Source: Deltaproteobacteria bacterium (GTDB taxonomy: Bacteria; Desulfobacterota; Syntrophobacteria; BM002). From it: 64,000 nt of DNA. The position numbers and the translations under genes were made by a program. Positions 16,979 to 25,975 of this stretch are shown in pieces (the stretch's first letter is position 1; the number at the start of each line of letters is the position of its first letter). Location: contig CP070689.1 in NCBI GenBank assembly GCA_020353155.1, forward strand, positions 2,476,315 through 2,540,314, given 5' to 3'. A model generated the notes under the pieces. That model saw only the letters and a program-made list of their open reading frames with translations, ran no database searches and was not told the origin of the DNA.

Positions 16979-18505
16979 TTGATCAAGGGATTTGCCACCG
17001 GCGCGGGCACAAGGTCATATGCGAAAAAGCACAGCTCACTTCATTATGGCGAGCTGAATGGAACCGAACTGCTAGTCAGCCAGGTGGGCTTCGGTTGCTA
17101 TCGGCTGGACCCAACTATGGCCGAACATGAGAACTCTCTCCGAAAGGCTTTACTCTCTGGGGTTAACCTCATAGACACGAGTTCCAATTATGGAGACGGT
17201 GGCTCGGAAGAGCTCGTAGGAACAGTTTTAAAAGAGCTCATAGGATCGGAAGAGATTTCCAGAGATTCCGTGTTAGTAGTGTCTAAAGTGGGATATCTTC
17301 AGGGGCGGAATTATGGACTAAGCCAAGAGCGCAAAGGGCAAGGGAGACCCTTTGTGGACTTGGTTCTCTATGCAGATGGTCTTGAACACTGCATTCATCC
17401 GGAGTTCATAAAAGATCAACTCACACGAAGCTTGGACCGCCTCAAACTTGAAACTCTAGATTTCTACCTTCTCCACAACCCCGAGTATTATCTCAGCTGG
17501 GCGAATAAAACCGGAGTTCCTATAGAGGAGGCCAGGCAAGAATACTACAACCGCATAGAACAGGCCTTTCAGCACCTTGAAACCGAGGTGGGGCGAGGGA
17601 GAGTAAGGTTTTACGGCATAAGTTCCAACACCTTCCCCTCCCCTGCTTCAGACCCGGAATTTACTTCCCTGGAAAAGGTGTGGGAAATCGCAGAGTCAAT
17701 TTCTGCTGAAAACCATTTCCGTCTAATCCAACTGCCAATGAATCTCCTGGAAACGGGGGGAATTACCGAGAAGAATCAGGAGGAGGGGCAGAGTGTTCTT
17801 GAGTTTGCTAGCCAGAAAAAGCTGGGTGTGCTAATCAACCGGCCGCTAAATGCAATCGCCGATAACAGACTCTTTCGCCTGGCTGAAGTCAAGGCAGCAC
17901 AAGGGGCGAGCGACAAGGAAATTATAGAGCTTATTGACAGACTTATTTATTCTGAAGAAATGCTGAAGAATAAGATTCTTCCCAAATTTGATCTAGCGAC
18001 ATCAATGCAACTTCAAGTGATAGAGCAAATTGCCACTGGTGCAGTCCTGAAACAACACTGGCAAAGTTTTGGCACCTACGAACGCTGGCAGGAGTTACAA
18101 GAATACTATTTCTTGCCTCGGGTTAAAGGAGTGTTTCAGTTTTTGAAACAACAGGGAAAGTTCAGCGAAGAAATTTCTTTGTGGGTGAACTCACACCTGG
18201 AAAAACTTGAAGTATTACTTGAAGCTGTGGGCTCAAGTTATCGGGAAGAAGCAGCCAAAAGATGCGGTCAGATCAAAGACCAACTATCCTCAGTGGACAC
18301 GGACTGGTCTGAAGCTGTAACCCTGAGTCAGATGGCAATCCGCGCACTGCGCTCCACGGCAGGAATAAGCACAGTTCTCGTGGGGATGCGCAGGGAAGCC
18401 TATGTGGAGGATGTGATCGAGGAACTAGCCAAACCAGTTGAGAACAGAGAAAGAGCAGATTCCTGGGACAAACTAGCGAAAATGATAGGTCTCAACACCC
18501 TTTAG
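16979..18505 (+). CDS. aldo/keto reductase family oxidoreductase with long C-terminal extension
   Basis: 508 aa, TTG start 6 nt after AAGGAG. Motifs GFGCYRLD, NLIDTSSNYGDGGSEELVG and LDFYLLHNPEY. Confidence 0.7.
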   Translation: MIKGFATGAGTRSYAKKHSSLHYGELNGTELLVSQVGFGCYRLDPTMAEHENSLRKALLSGVNLIDTSSNYGDGGSEELVGTVLKELIGSEEISRDSVLVVSKVGYLQGRNYGLSQERKGQGRPFVDLVLYADGLEHCIHPEFIKDQLTRSLDRLKLETLDFYLLHNPEYYLSWANKTGVPIEEARQEYYNRIEQAFQHLETEVGRGRVRFYGISSNTFPSPASDPEFTSLEKVWEIAESISAENHFRLIQLPMNLLETGGITEKNQEEGQSVLEFASQKKLGVLINRPLNAIADNRLFRLAEVKAAQGASDKEIIELIDRLIYSEEMLKNKILPKFDLATSMQLQVIEQIATGAVLKQHWQSFGTYERWQELQEYYFLPRVKGVFQFLKQQGKFSEEISLWVNSHLEKLEVLLEAVGSSYREEAAKRCGQIKDQLSSVDTDWSEAVTLSQMAIRALRSTAGISTVLVGMRREAYVEDVIEELAKPVENRERADSWDKLAKMIGLNTL

Positions 18506-18600
18506 CTAAATGTTCTGCCTTAGCCATTTTGTCTAGCGGTCTCAATTTGTATAGTCGTCACCATAAAGTCCATACTTCGGGGCTCGACCTAAAGACATAG

Positions 18601-19728
18601 TTATTGAAGTTTTCCAAGTTGTATCGCACAGGGAGTCCACGATTTGAGGGGCCGCTTGCAGCCTTTGCAGCTATTTAGGCCCTGTCTTATTTTGCAGTAG
18701 CTATCAACCACAAAATCGAACAGTCTTGCATTCTTGATTGCTAATGCTACTTCGTCTGCAATGGCCGTGAGCAGTCGCTTGTCTTCTTCATCAAAACCCT
18801 CTTTGCCGATCTTATTTATGGCATTAAGAACTCCGACGGTTTCGTCTCCCGATATTAGAGGAGCAGCAAGGATAGACTTGGTTTGAAAACCATGATCTTC
18901 ATCTATGGAGCCGTAAAAATCTGGGGAGCTTTGAACGTCATTTACTACGATGGTCATGCGCTCTCTCAGAGCACGACCTGCAATACCTTTGTCGGCTGGA
19001 AAACGCAATTTTACCAGCTCTGCTCCAGTCTCACCTACAGCAGTGAAAAATTCGAGCTCATTAGTCTCTTCATCGTGCAGGAGGACCGAGCCTTCTTCTG
19101 AGGGAAGTTCTGCTGTAACAATACTTACTATGGTGGTCAGAAGTTCCTGCAAATCTCCCACATAGCCCAGGGCAGAACTCACTGTTTGATATAATCTCAA
19201 AAAACGTATTTTCTCGGCGTTCTGTTTTTGAGAAATGGCATTGTACAACAGACTGGATATCATGGTAGTGAGCCATGGAAGTGGAGATTTTTCTCCTGTC
19301 AAATGTTGAACCGCTTCCAGGTCAGTAACCAGGGCCAGGCTTCCGAGCAGGGTCTCCTTGGCGTTTAATTGGCTAGTAAGTACTATCGGTTTTGACGATG
19401 GGGGATGTTCCTTCGGATCAAAAATGGTAGGTTTTCCCTCATCCCAAGAAAAGACCATGAATTCGTCAGCTGCCGTTTTGCTGAAGTCGAGCTCTGTAAG
19501 AATTCCCTGAAAAATCTCAATAGTATCTGTTGGAATCTCTTCCATATGAAGGTAAGGTTGGCTGGAGCCAGGCTCCTTGAGCGAAAACCCAATGCCCTGC
19601 ACAGGCAAATGCTTTTTGAGCCACCTGGCGATGTTGCCGCATTGCCTTCCCACATCTACTTCCGTCACCATCTGAGCCATATTTATCATCAGCTCTTTTT
19701 GGTCTACAGTCGATAGTTCCTGCTTCAT
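18601..19728 (-). CDS. tandem GAF-domain protein with C-terminal four-Cys tail
   Basis: 375 aa. GAF-like block DKGIAGRALRERMTIVVNDV...SILAAPLISGDETVGVLNAINK. The C-terminus is SYCKIRQGLNSCKGCKRPLKSWTPCAIQ (C-x9-C-x2-C-x10-C). Confidence 0.6.
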   Translation of the reverse strand: MKQELSTVDQKELMINMAQMVTEVDVGRQCGNIARWLKKHLPVQGIGFSLKEPGSSQPYLHMEEIPTDTIEIFQGILTELDFSKTAADEFMVFSWDEGKPTIFDPKEHPPSSKPIVLTSQLNAKETLLGSLALVTDLEAVQHLTGEKSPLPWLTTMISSLLYNAISQKQNAEKIRFLRLYQTVSSALGYVGDLQELLTTIVSIVTAELPSEEGSVLLHDEETNELEFFTAVGETGAELVKLRFPADKGIAGRALRERMTIVVNDVQSSPDFYGSIDEDHGFQTKSILAAPLISGDETVGVLNAINKIGKEGFDEEDKRLLTAIADEVALAIKNARLFDFVVDSYCKIRQGLNSCKGCKRPLKSWTPCAIQLGKLQ

Positions 19729-19963
19729 TTTAGCTCCTCAGCCCCCAGCTTTGATATTCTGACAATCCCTCCACGTCGGCCTCTAAAACTAGTAAAGAAA
19801 TTGCATCGAAAGGTAGATCTAGGGAAAATGGGCTTTCTCTGATCACTCAGAGCTACCCTCTGCTTGCGGGGTCATACGGCATACTAGCGGGCAATGTAGA
19901 AAAAAACAAGATCGAATAAGCAAAGACAAATAAGTGAGGTAAAATCACTCATTGTTACTTCAT

Positions 19964-20221
19964 TTATTCGACTTTGACCTTGGTGACCTTTTTCTTGTGT
20001 TCTTCCAGCGATGAGATTCTCTCATCTATGAGAGTTCTAAAAGCTCGAAGGACCTCAATTCTAGCCTTGCGCATATGGGTGAAGAAGCCGCTGTACTGTT
20101 CCTTCGCCTCCTCAATCATCCTGCTGGAAAGGCAGAAGGGACAACAACAGGTCTCGTGCTCCCTTGCGGCTTTACTCTTCTCCTCTTTCTTGGGCTTGCT
20201 CACTGCTTCCTCCGAATTCAA
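19964..20221 (-). CDS. small Cys-rich coiled-coil protein (CCCPFC motif), hypothetical
   Basis: 85-aa track ORF starting at a TTG (20221). A GTG at 20203 sits 4 nt after GGAGGA and is the more likely start. Either start overlaps the 3' end of the ArsA-like gene (stop at 20172). Sequence: HETCCCPFCLSS followed by a heptad-like helix. Confidence 0.45.
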   Translation of the reverse strand: MNSEEAVSKPKKEEKSKAAREHETCCCPFCLSSRMIEEAKEQYSGFFTHMRKARIEVLRAFRTLIDERISSLEEHKKKVTKVKVE

Positions 20222-21386
20222 TCAGCAGATGATCTTCCTCGAGTCGAGCCCGGCTTGGCTCCAGAACGGCATAGGCCCGAGGAAGGACGATGTTCTTTTT
20301 AAAGTTCCCGATCTTGATTATGAGTTCGTCGCCAATTTTGCTCAAATCGATCTCTCTCTTGGTGACAAATGGTAGATGGAGTTTTACCACGCTTTGGCCG
20401 TCCACTTTGGCAAACTGGTACGGCTTCTGTTTGAAGAAAATTTGAGCTGGATCTTCGCCTCCGTACAACTGTTCTCCAAATTTCAGCAGTTTCTCATGAC
20501 CGAGGATTTCACTATCATATAGAGGTGCCTTGAAGATGGGAAGGGGATAGAAATAGGTCTCAGCTAACTCCATGTATTTCTGCTGATTTCTACCCCAGAC
20601 TTTCAAGTAATTATCATCTACTTGGGAAGGAAAGACTCTGTTGATAACAATAGCATCAATGGAAGTCTGATGCAGGCTGAAAAACATAAAGGCCCGCTGA
20701 GTTTCGCGGAGCACCATTTTCTCGGGATTTGTAACAAGTCTCACCGAAGTAACCTCGGGATCGGTGAGCAACTGGTCCACTCCCTTGAGGCTAGTATAGA
20801 GACTCTCAATATTGGCGAAGTACTCGTCTTCCGGTAAAGGAATATCTACCACTCTGCGAGCCACCGGACGGACAACACCAAAGATCTTCCGCTCCAAGCG
20901 AAAGATCTTTTTCATGTACCATTCCAGGGCCGTGGGCATGCTGATGAAGCGGATGGATTCTGCCGTTGGTGCACAATCGAGAATTATAAGATCGTAACTA
21001 TCCTCATTAACATACTTGTTTATATAAAGGAGGGCACTTAACTCCTCCATGCCTGGAAAGACCGCTAATTCCTCAGCTAACACGTCATCAATACCAGAGG
21101 TATTCAGTAAGAGGGAAATATAGCTGTGTACCTCTCCCCAGTAATTACCTATTTCCTCATGGACGTCGAGTTCCTGAATCCAGAGGTTTTCTCCGACATC
21201 AATGGGTTGACCACGGTTTTTGTCCATGAGGGAAAGGTCTAGGTCGAAGGCGTCGCTCAGACTGTGGGCCGGATCCAAAGACATGACCAGGGTTTTAAGG
21301 CCCCTCTTGGCACTGATAATTCCGGTAGCGCCGGCCACGCAGGTCTTGCCCACACCCCCTTTGCCGGCGTAAAGAAGGACTCTCAA
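20172..21386 (-). CDS. ArsA/GET3-family P-loop ATPase (single ATPase domain) with C-terminal HSP20-like domain
   Basis: 404 aa with YAGKGGVGKTCVA (deviant Walker A), SLDPAHSLSDAF and ILDCAPTAESIRF (aligns to the DTAPTGHT signature but lacks the His). The C-terminal beta-sandwich-like region is VKLHLPFVTKREIDLSKIGDELIIKIGNFKKNIVLP. TTG start. Confidence 0.75.
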   Translation of the reverse strand: MRVLLYAGKGGVGKTCVAGATGIISAKRGLKTLVMSLDPAHSLSDAFDLDLSLMDKNRGQPIDVGENLWIQELDVHEEIGNYWGEVHSYISLLLNTSGIDDVLAEELAVFPGMEELSALLYINKYVNEDSYDLIILDCAPTAESIRFISMPTALEWYMKKIFRLERKIFGVVRPVARRVVDIPLPEDEYFANIESLYTSLKGVDQLLTDPEVTSVRLVTNPEKMVLRETQRAFMFFSLHQTSIDAIVINRVFPSQVDDNYLKVWGRNQQKYMELAETYFYPLPIFKAPLYDSEILGHEKLLKFGEQLYGGEDPAQIFFKQKPYQFAKVDGQSVVKLHLPFVTKREIDLSKIGDELIIKIGNFKKNIVLPRAYAVLEPSRARLEEDHLLIEFGGSSEQAQERGEE

Positions 21387-21422
21387 TAGAATTCTCCTCC
21401 TCGATTTCTTTCGTTTGTTCTC

Positions 21423-21517
21423 GGAAGGTGGAATAGTGGGTCATTCCCACACATTTCATCCATAGTTTAGTACTTTTGGACCCAATATTCCACCCTTCCA
21501 ATATTCCCTTATTCCAC
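21423..21517. repeat. inverted repeat of GGAATA(T/G)TGGG words (8-nt periodic right arm)
   Basis: ggaaggtggaatagtggg (21423-21440) against cccaatattccacccttcc (21481-21499), about 17/19 complementary. This is followed by further attcc-containing words. Confidence 0.7.
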
Positions 21518-21540
21518 TAGGAGGAGCCTCTAGGTCAAGT

Positions 21541-22266
21541 TTAAATGTCAAAAAACAGCTTGGCATTTTGGAAAGTGATGGACCGAACATCCTCGAAATG
21601 CATCCCTTTGAGGCGAGAGAGTTCTTCTAGGGTGATCATTAGGTCGGCAGGCTCGGAGATTCTTCCTTGGTATTCGACTGGAGAGTCGGTCTCAACTAAT
21701 ATACGCTCCATGGGTGCAGTCTTTATAGCAGCCTGGTGCGGTGGGCTGTAAGCTAAAGCGGGTGTGGCGGAGACGTAGTAGCCGTCGTCAATGATCTTTT
21801 CAAGGATCTCCAGTGGGCCGCTATACCAGTGGAATACACCCTTTTCAATTCCCGCATCCTTTACCATCTGATGAGACCTTTGGTGGGAGAAGCGTGAATG
21901 GACAATGACTGGTCGATTGTTCCTCGCTGCTATGGAGAGAACCCTTGAAAATACTTCCCATTGGATGGGCTTCTTTATCTTGGTTTTGTAATCGATTCCT
22001 ACCTCACCCAGGGCTAGGCAGCTGGCCAGGTTTTTCTCGATGAAATCTATATTTTCCTCTATGGTTTCCTGACTTATTGACCAGGGATGATAGCCAATTG
22101 CGGGATGCACCATTCCAGGGAACTGTCTGGCCAGATCAAGAGTGGTTCGGTTTGAAAATAGATCCATTCCCACTGCCACAATCCCCTGAATGCCCACATC
22201 TTTTGCCCTTAGGATTGCCCGGTGGATATCTTCAATCTCGTTCAGATGTGCGTGAGTGTCAATCAT
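21541..22266 (-). CDS. tatD: TatD-family metal-dependent hydrolase
   Basis: The track ORF was trimmed to the ATG at 22266 (MIDTHAHLNE), because the upstream 53 codons run through a repeat array. Motifs IDTHAHL, EVGIDY, VIVHSR and LVETDSP. Confidence 0.8.
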   Translation of the reverse strand: MIDTHAHLNEIEDIHRAILRAKDVGIQGIVAVGMDLFSNRTTLDLARQFPGMVHPAIGYHPWSISQETIEENIDFIEKNLASCLALGEVGIDYKTKIKKPIQWEVFSRVLSIAARNNRPVIVHSRFSHQRSHQMVKDAGIEKGVFHWYSGPLEILEKIIDDGYYVSATPALAYSPPHQAAIKTAPMERILVETDSPVEYQGRISEPADLMITLEELSRLKGMHFEDVRSITFQNAKLFFDI

Positions 22267-22342
22267 GATTAGTTTAGGATGTGGGTACTTACCCAAGAGG
22301 GTCTTGAGTGTGCCAGCAGGACCGCGAGCGAGCTCAGTTAGG

Positions 22343-22427
22343 CTGGAGTACTGGAGTGATGGAGTGATGGAGGGTTGTGATATATGCGGTTCCGATCCCT
22401 TTCCATTGCTCCACTGCTCCAACACTC
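22343..22427. repeat. inverted octamer-word element (TGGAGTGA family)
   Basis: Left arm is tggagtac tggagtga tggagtga tggaggg. Right arm is ccctttcca ttgctcca ctgctcca acactc, i.e. the complement words. Confidence 0.7.
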
Positions 22428-22438
22428 TAATAGTCGAA

Positions 22439-22732
22439 CTACTCTGTGAAGAAATCTACCGCCAGGACGGACTCACAGATATCATTTACCTTTCTCAACA
22501 CGACTTGGTGATCGAGGTGCTTTTGGTAGCGTTGCAGTGCTTCAAGATTTCTGAATGTTGAAATCAGGGCCAAATCGTACGATCTTTCCGAATGAACAGT
22601 GTCTCGGCCAAATTCATAGGATAGGATTTCTGGAATTACAGGTGGCAGTTCTGCAAGGCTGGTCTCCAGATCTGCAATTTCTTCCTCTCCTACTCCATCT
22701 TTGAACTTGAAGAAAACTACATGTCTGAGCAT
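22439..22732 (-). CDS. Dabb-family stress-responsive alpha/beta-barrel protein
   Basis: 97 aa with N-terminus MLRHVVFFKFKDGV and a ferredoxin-like pattern typical of Dabb domains. Confidence 0.7.
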   Translation of the reverse strand: MLRHVVFFKFKDGVGEEEIADLETSLAELPPVIPEILSYEFGRDTVHSERSYDLALISTFRNLEALQRYQKHLDHQVVLRKVNDICESVLAVDFFTE

Positions 22733-22796
22733 AAATCATTCCTCAATTCTAGACCTGTAGAAGTATTTAAATTCTGGATTAGAATGTTTTGTTACG

Positions 22797-23099
22797 CTAT
22801 GCGCTTTGCTTCACCTTCCCTCTACCCTCCACCGACTCCTTGCGAAAGCTTAAAGAAACGAAGGTGTTGAAAGATAACTCGGGCGGAAAAAGGGCCACCC
22901 GATTACCTTCACTAATAGGTGTATCCAGGGTGGCGCCCCGGCCATTCACCATGATCATTTTGACCCTGTCAGTAGGAAGCCTCAACTGACGCATTAAGTC
23001 TTTGACCTGGGATGCAGGAGGGAGTTCTATATCAAATTGTTGCTGCCCAGTGCCACCCTCGTGCCTAAGGGAACCTCCAAGAAGTACAGTTATGCGCAT
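22797..23099 (-). CDS. MoaD/ThiS-like beta-grasp protein without C-terminal Gly-Gly
   Basis: 100 aa. The core ends in EGNRVALFPPELS and then continues for 27 more residues. The window's own ThiS (29206-29430) ends AIFPPIAGG. Confidence 0.55.
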   Translation of the reverse strand: MRITVLLGGSLRHEGGTGQQQFDIELPPASQVKDLMRQLRLPTDRVKMIMVNGRGATLDTPISEGNRVALFPPELSFNTFVSLSFRKESVEGRGKVKQSA

Positions 23100-23126
23100 A
23101 CAACTATCCCGATCTATTTAATCACC

Positions 23127-23224
23127 ATGTGAGATATGCCATGTGGGATGCGGGATTCAAAATCAACGGCTGAGATCTTTTCAGGTCAAATATATCTCGT
23201 CTCGGATCCCAGATCTCACATCAG
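23127..23224. repeat. inverted heptamer-array element (GAGATGT/ATGTGGG family)
   Basis: Left arm is atgtgag atatgcc atgtggg atgcggg. Right arm is atctcgt ctcggat cccagat ctcacat. It lies between the AOR stop and the MoaD-like start. Confidence 0.75.
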
Positions 23225-23333
23225 TGGCTGCTGAATGATCCCGCTGCCTGGAACACCATCCGATCTAGAGTTTGAAGGAGGCAAAAGAACGGGGGGCTTT
23301 GCCCCCCGATTCATTGCCTTGCTGCGATCTTTA

Positions 23334-25070
23334 CTAGAAGTCGAGCACCTTGTCCAGTTCCTCATCCTTCACATCAAAGACCACATTATGAGGGGTCAGC
23401 GGCTCTTTTTTGAAAAATTCAGGCAGTCGGTCGTCAGAGGGGGTGAAACCAGCAGCCTTATTGAATTCTATTTCTGTTTTAAGTATTTGCTTGCCATATT
23501 CCATTACGTCGTCCAGGGTCAGATTCAAGCCGTATTGAGCGTTTAGCATCTTTGGGATGGCTTCCAGGCCACTGGCAATATCCAAAACCGCAAAGGCAAC
23601 GAATACGCAGAGCCCTGCGGCGTCAACACCTGCAGTGGCGATCTGGAGATTTCTGGAAAGATCAGCCTGCCCTTCAGGTTTGAGAGGATCCACGAAACCA
23701 CCAACTTTCAATATATTGGTGGCTACTGCGTATCCGGCTGTATGGTCCGCCCCCATGGTGGTGGTGGCATAGGTAACTCCTATACCTTTGACAGCCCGTG
23801 GGTCGTAAGCTGGCAGGGACTGGCGTTTCACTACCGGAACGTGTGACACTCCAAAGGCCTGCCCGGTGACCGCAGTTCCGTTACCCAATATCCTCCCCAG
23901 AGGGCTGCCTTTACCGATCTCGTTTATGAGCTCGATGGCACCAGCAGCGTCGCCAAAAGCTTTTACCCCGGCATGCATTGCCACAGCAACTGCGCAACCT
24001 GTCTCTATGGTGTCCAGGCCATAGTCATCACACAGTCGGTCAATCTGGGCTATTGCATCCAGATCGTCGATGCCGCAGTTGGCTCCGTTGGCCCAAATGG
24101 TTTCGTACTCCAAGGCAGAGGTTACATAGTTTTTGTCTTTGTCAACGAATTCGTTGGAGCACTGGATGATGCAAGTGGAGCATCCCGAATGGGTTGGGTT
24201 GCCACCTCGCTCCTTGATGACATCGTGCATGGTCTCACCACTAATTTTCTGTGCTCCTTCGAACTGCCCCTCAGTGAAATTGCGGGTGGGAAAACCCCCT
24301 GCCTCGTTAATTATGTTGGTGAGCACGTTGGTTCCATAGACGGCCAACCCTCCTCCTGGTTTGGTTACCGGGTGTTCCCGTAGGGCATCTCTGAAAACGG
24401 CAGCGGCTTCTTTAAAGGCCTCCTTGTCCTCATAGGTGACACCGGGAGCCTCTTTGTCGTCCACAACAATGGCCTTCATACCCTTGGATCCCATGACCGC
24501 GCCCATTCCTCCCCTGCCAGCATGGCGGGAGGGCGTGCCATTGGTGCTGGTCACTGCCACAGAGGCTGCTGAGAACTTCATTTCTCCTGCAGGACCTATG
24601 GAAACGATCCCCACCTTCTTGCCGTACTTGTCCTGAAGTTTGGAGGCGAGATCATAATTCTTCAACCCCTTGTATTCCTCTGCGGGCAAGAGTTGAGCAC
24701 CATCCTTGTTAACCAGCAGATAGAATAGCTTGCCCGCTGCAGCCTGCCCCTCGAGCACCACACCGGCGATCTGCAGTTTGCCCAGCTTTATTGCCACATT
24801 ACCCCCCACATTGCTTTCTTTGATGCCGCCGGTAAGGGGGCTCTTGCCGCCAATAGAGAGGCGTCCAGAGTTGGCGCAGGTGGTGCCGGCCAAAAGGCCC
24901 GCAGCCACGACTAATTTATTAGCCGGGTCCAGAGGATGACAAAGGGGTGGCACCTCGCGAGCCACTATGGTCGAGGTAAGACCTCTTCCTCCAAGTAGGG
25001 AGTATTCCTGGGAAAGATCGTCAATCTGGACTTTCCCCTTGGTCATGTCAACACGGATTAATTTTCTCAT
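23334..25070 (-). CDS. aor: aldehyde:ferredoxin oxidoreductase family (tungsten/molybdopterin enzyme)
   Basis: 578 aa. The N-terminal domain has LLGGRGLTS and the C-terminal domain carries the family motif DAAGLCVFVAF (DxxGLCxF). Overall layout is AOR-like. Confidence 0.85.
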   Translation of the reverse strand: MRKLIRVDMTKGKVQIDDLSQEYSLLGGRGLTSTIVAREVPPLCHPLDPANKLVVAAGLLAGTTCANSGRLSIGGKSPLTGGIKESNVGGNVAIKLGKLQIAGVVLEGQAAAGKLFYLLVNKDGAQLLPAEEYKGLKNYDLASKLQDKYGKKVGIVSIGPAGEMKFSAASVAVTSTNGTPSRHAGRGGMGAVMGSKGMKAIVVDDKEAPGVTYEDKEAFKEAAAVFRDALREHPVTKPGGGLAVYGTNVLTNIINEAGGFPTRNFTEGQFEGAQKISGETMHDVIKERGGNPTHSGCSTCIIQCSNEFVDKDKNYVTSALEYETIWANGANCGIDDLDAIAQIDRLCDDYGLDTIETGCAVAVAMHAGVKAFGDAAGAIELINEIGKGSPLGRILGNGTAVTGQAFGVSHVPVVKRQSLPAYDPRAVKGIGVTYATTTMGADHTAGYAVATNILKVGGFVDPLKPEGQADLSRNLQIATAGVDAAGLCVFVAFAVLDIASGLEAIPKMLNAQYGLNLTLDDVMEYGKQILKTEIEFNKAAGFTPSDDRLPEFFKKEPLTPHNVVFDVKDEELDKVLDF

Positions 25071-25160
25071 AGCTATATCCCCCTTAATGCTTTTCTGGGT
25101 TGACTATTACTAGCGGATACCTAGTTGCTTGAATAGAGATTGCGAGAAGCTGCTTCCTAT

Positions 25161-25190
25161 TTTATGGACGAATGGAGTGGAAACTGTCAA
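25161..25190 (-). promoter_or_regulatory. candidate sigma70-type promoter for aor
   Basis: On the minus strand: TTGACA (25190-25185), 18-nt spacer, CATAAA (25166-25161). This would leave a 5' UTR of about 85 nt. Confidence 0.3.
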
Positions 25191-25294
25191 GGAAAACCTG
25201 CGCGGTTCGTCCATCGTCCTTTGTCCTTGGATAGCTGTTGTAGGGACGGGGCGTTTGAATTTATCTCCTGGATTCTGACTACTGTCTACTTCGG

Positions 25295-25936
25295 TTAAAA
25301 TGGCCAGAGGCAGCAAGGTCGTGGTTTTTCAAATTCGTTTTCACAGGAAGCCAGTTGGCTCGAATAAATTCCGGCGCGGTTTTGGACTTTCCCTGCCACT
25401 CTTTTCAACCAGGATTTCTTATAATAGGTTCCTCGGTTGAAACCGTTGTGTCCTTCATGATAGGCAAGATAGAGATTATAGGCGTCATTTTGAGCAATTC
25501 CAGAGATAGAATAGCTGAGATCGCAATACCAGCCGATAAAATCAATGGCATCAGCGAAGTTATCCCTATCAGCTCCCCAGTTACCGGTAGCGCTCTTATA
25601 CTTCTCCCAGGTTTCGTCTACCGCCTGCGAATAGCCATAAGCGGAGGAAGGTCTGGGACCAGGAAGAAAACAAAAACAGGTGGTCCGGGGTGGCTTTGCC
25701 TCGGCTTTGAATTTTGACTCCTGATGCACAATGGCCATAAGCACGGGAATGGAAACTGACCATTTTCTAGATGACCGGTAAGCACTCTTGTACCAATCAC
25801 GGTTTTGCCGAAATATCTGGCAAATATTGTCTATTTCCTCTGGTGGGTTTTGTAGGTGAGCACACCCTAGAACCAGAGCAGGGAGGATGCAGATCACCGA
25901 AAGGATGATCATAGCTTGCGGGTTTCTTCGACTCAT
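25295..25936 (-). CDS. SLT-domain lytic transglycosylase-like lipoprotein
   Basis: 213 aa with lipobox LVLGC. The catalytic-Glu context is IVHQESKFK, followed later by YGYSQAVDETWEKY. Confidence 0.6.
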   Translation of the reverse strand: MSRRNPQAMIILSVICILPALVLGCAHLQNPPEEIDNICQIFRQNRDWYKSAYRSSRKWSVSIPVLMAIVHQESKFKAEAKPPRTTCFCFLPGPRPSSAYGYSQAVDETWEKYKSATGNWGADRDNFADAIDFIGWYCDLSYSISGIAQNDAYNLYLAYHEGHNGFNRGTYYKKSWLKRVAGKVQNRAGIYSSQLASCENEFEKPRPCCLWPF

Positions 25937-25975
25937 CTCATTTAGAATCTAGAGGGTGGAAGTTGAATTTCACGG

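Noticed and set aside
23557-24939. Seven track ORFs (63-136 aa) antisense to the AOR gene. Similar antisense or out-of-frame ORFs occur inside most long genes, for example 6252-6659, 49075-49596, 55825-56229 and 57389-58075.
   Set aside because: They lie wholly within longer ORFs that carry clear family motifs. They have no RBS, and their skewed composition (Pro/Ser/Arg/Ala-rich) is typical of shadow frames in moderately GC-rich coding DNA.
25071-25294. Possible Moco/Tuco riboswitch in the 5' region of the AOR gene.
   Set aside because: I read the minus-strand leader and saw only an AAAGGA string. I could not identify the conserved paired elements I associate with the Moco motif. Without a covariance-model scan I cannot support the call.
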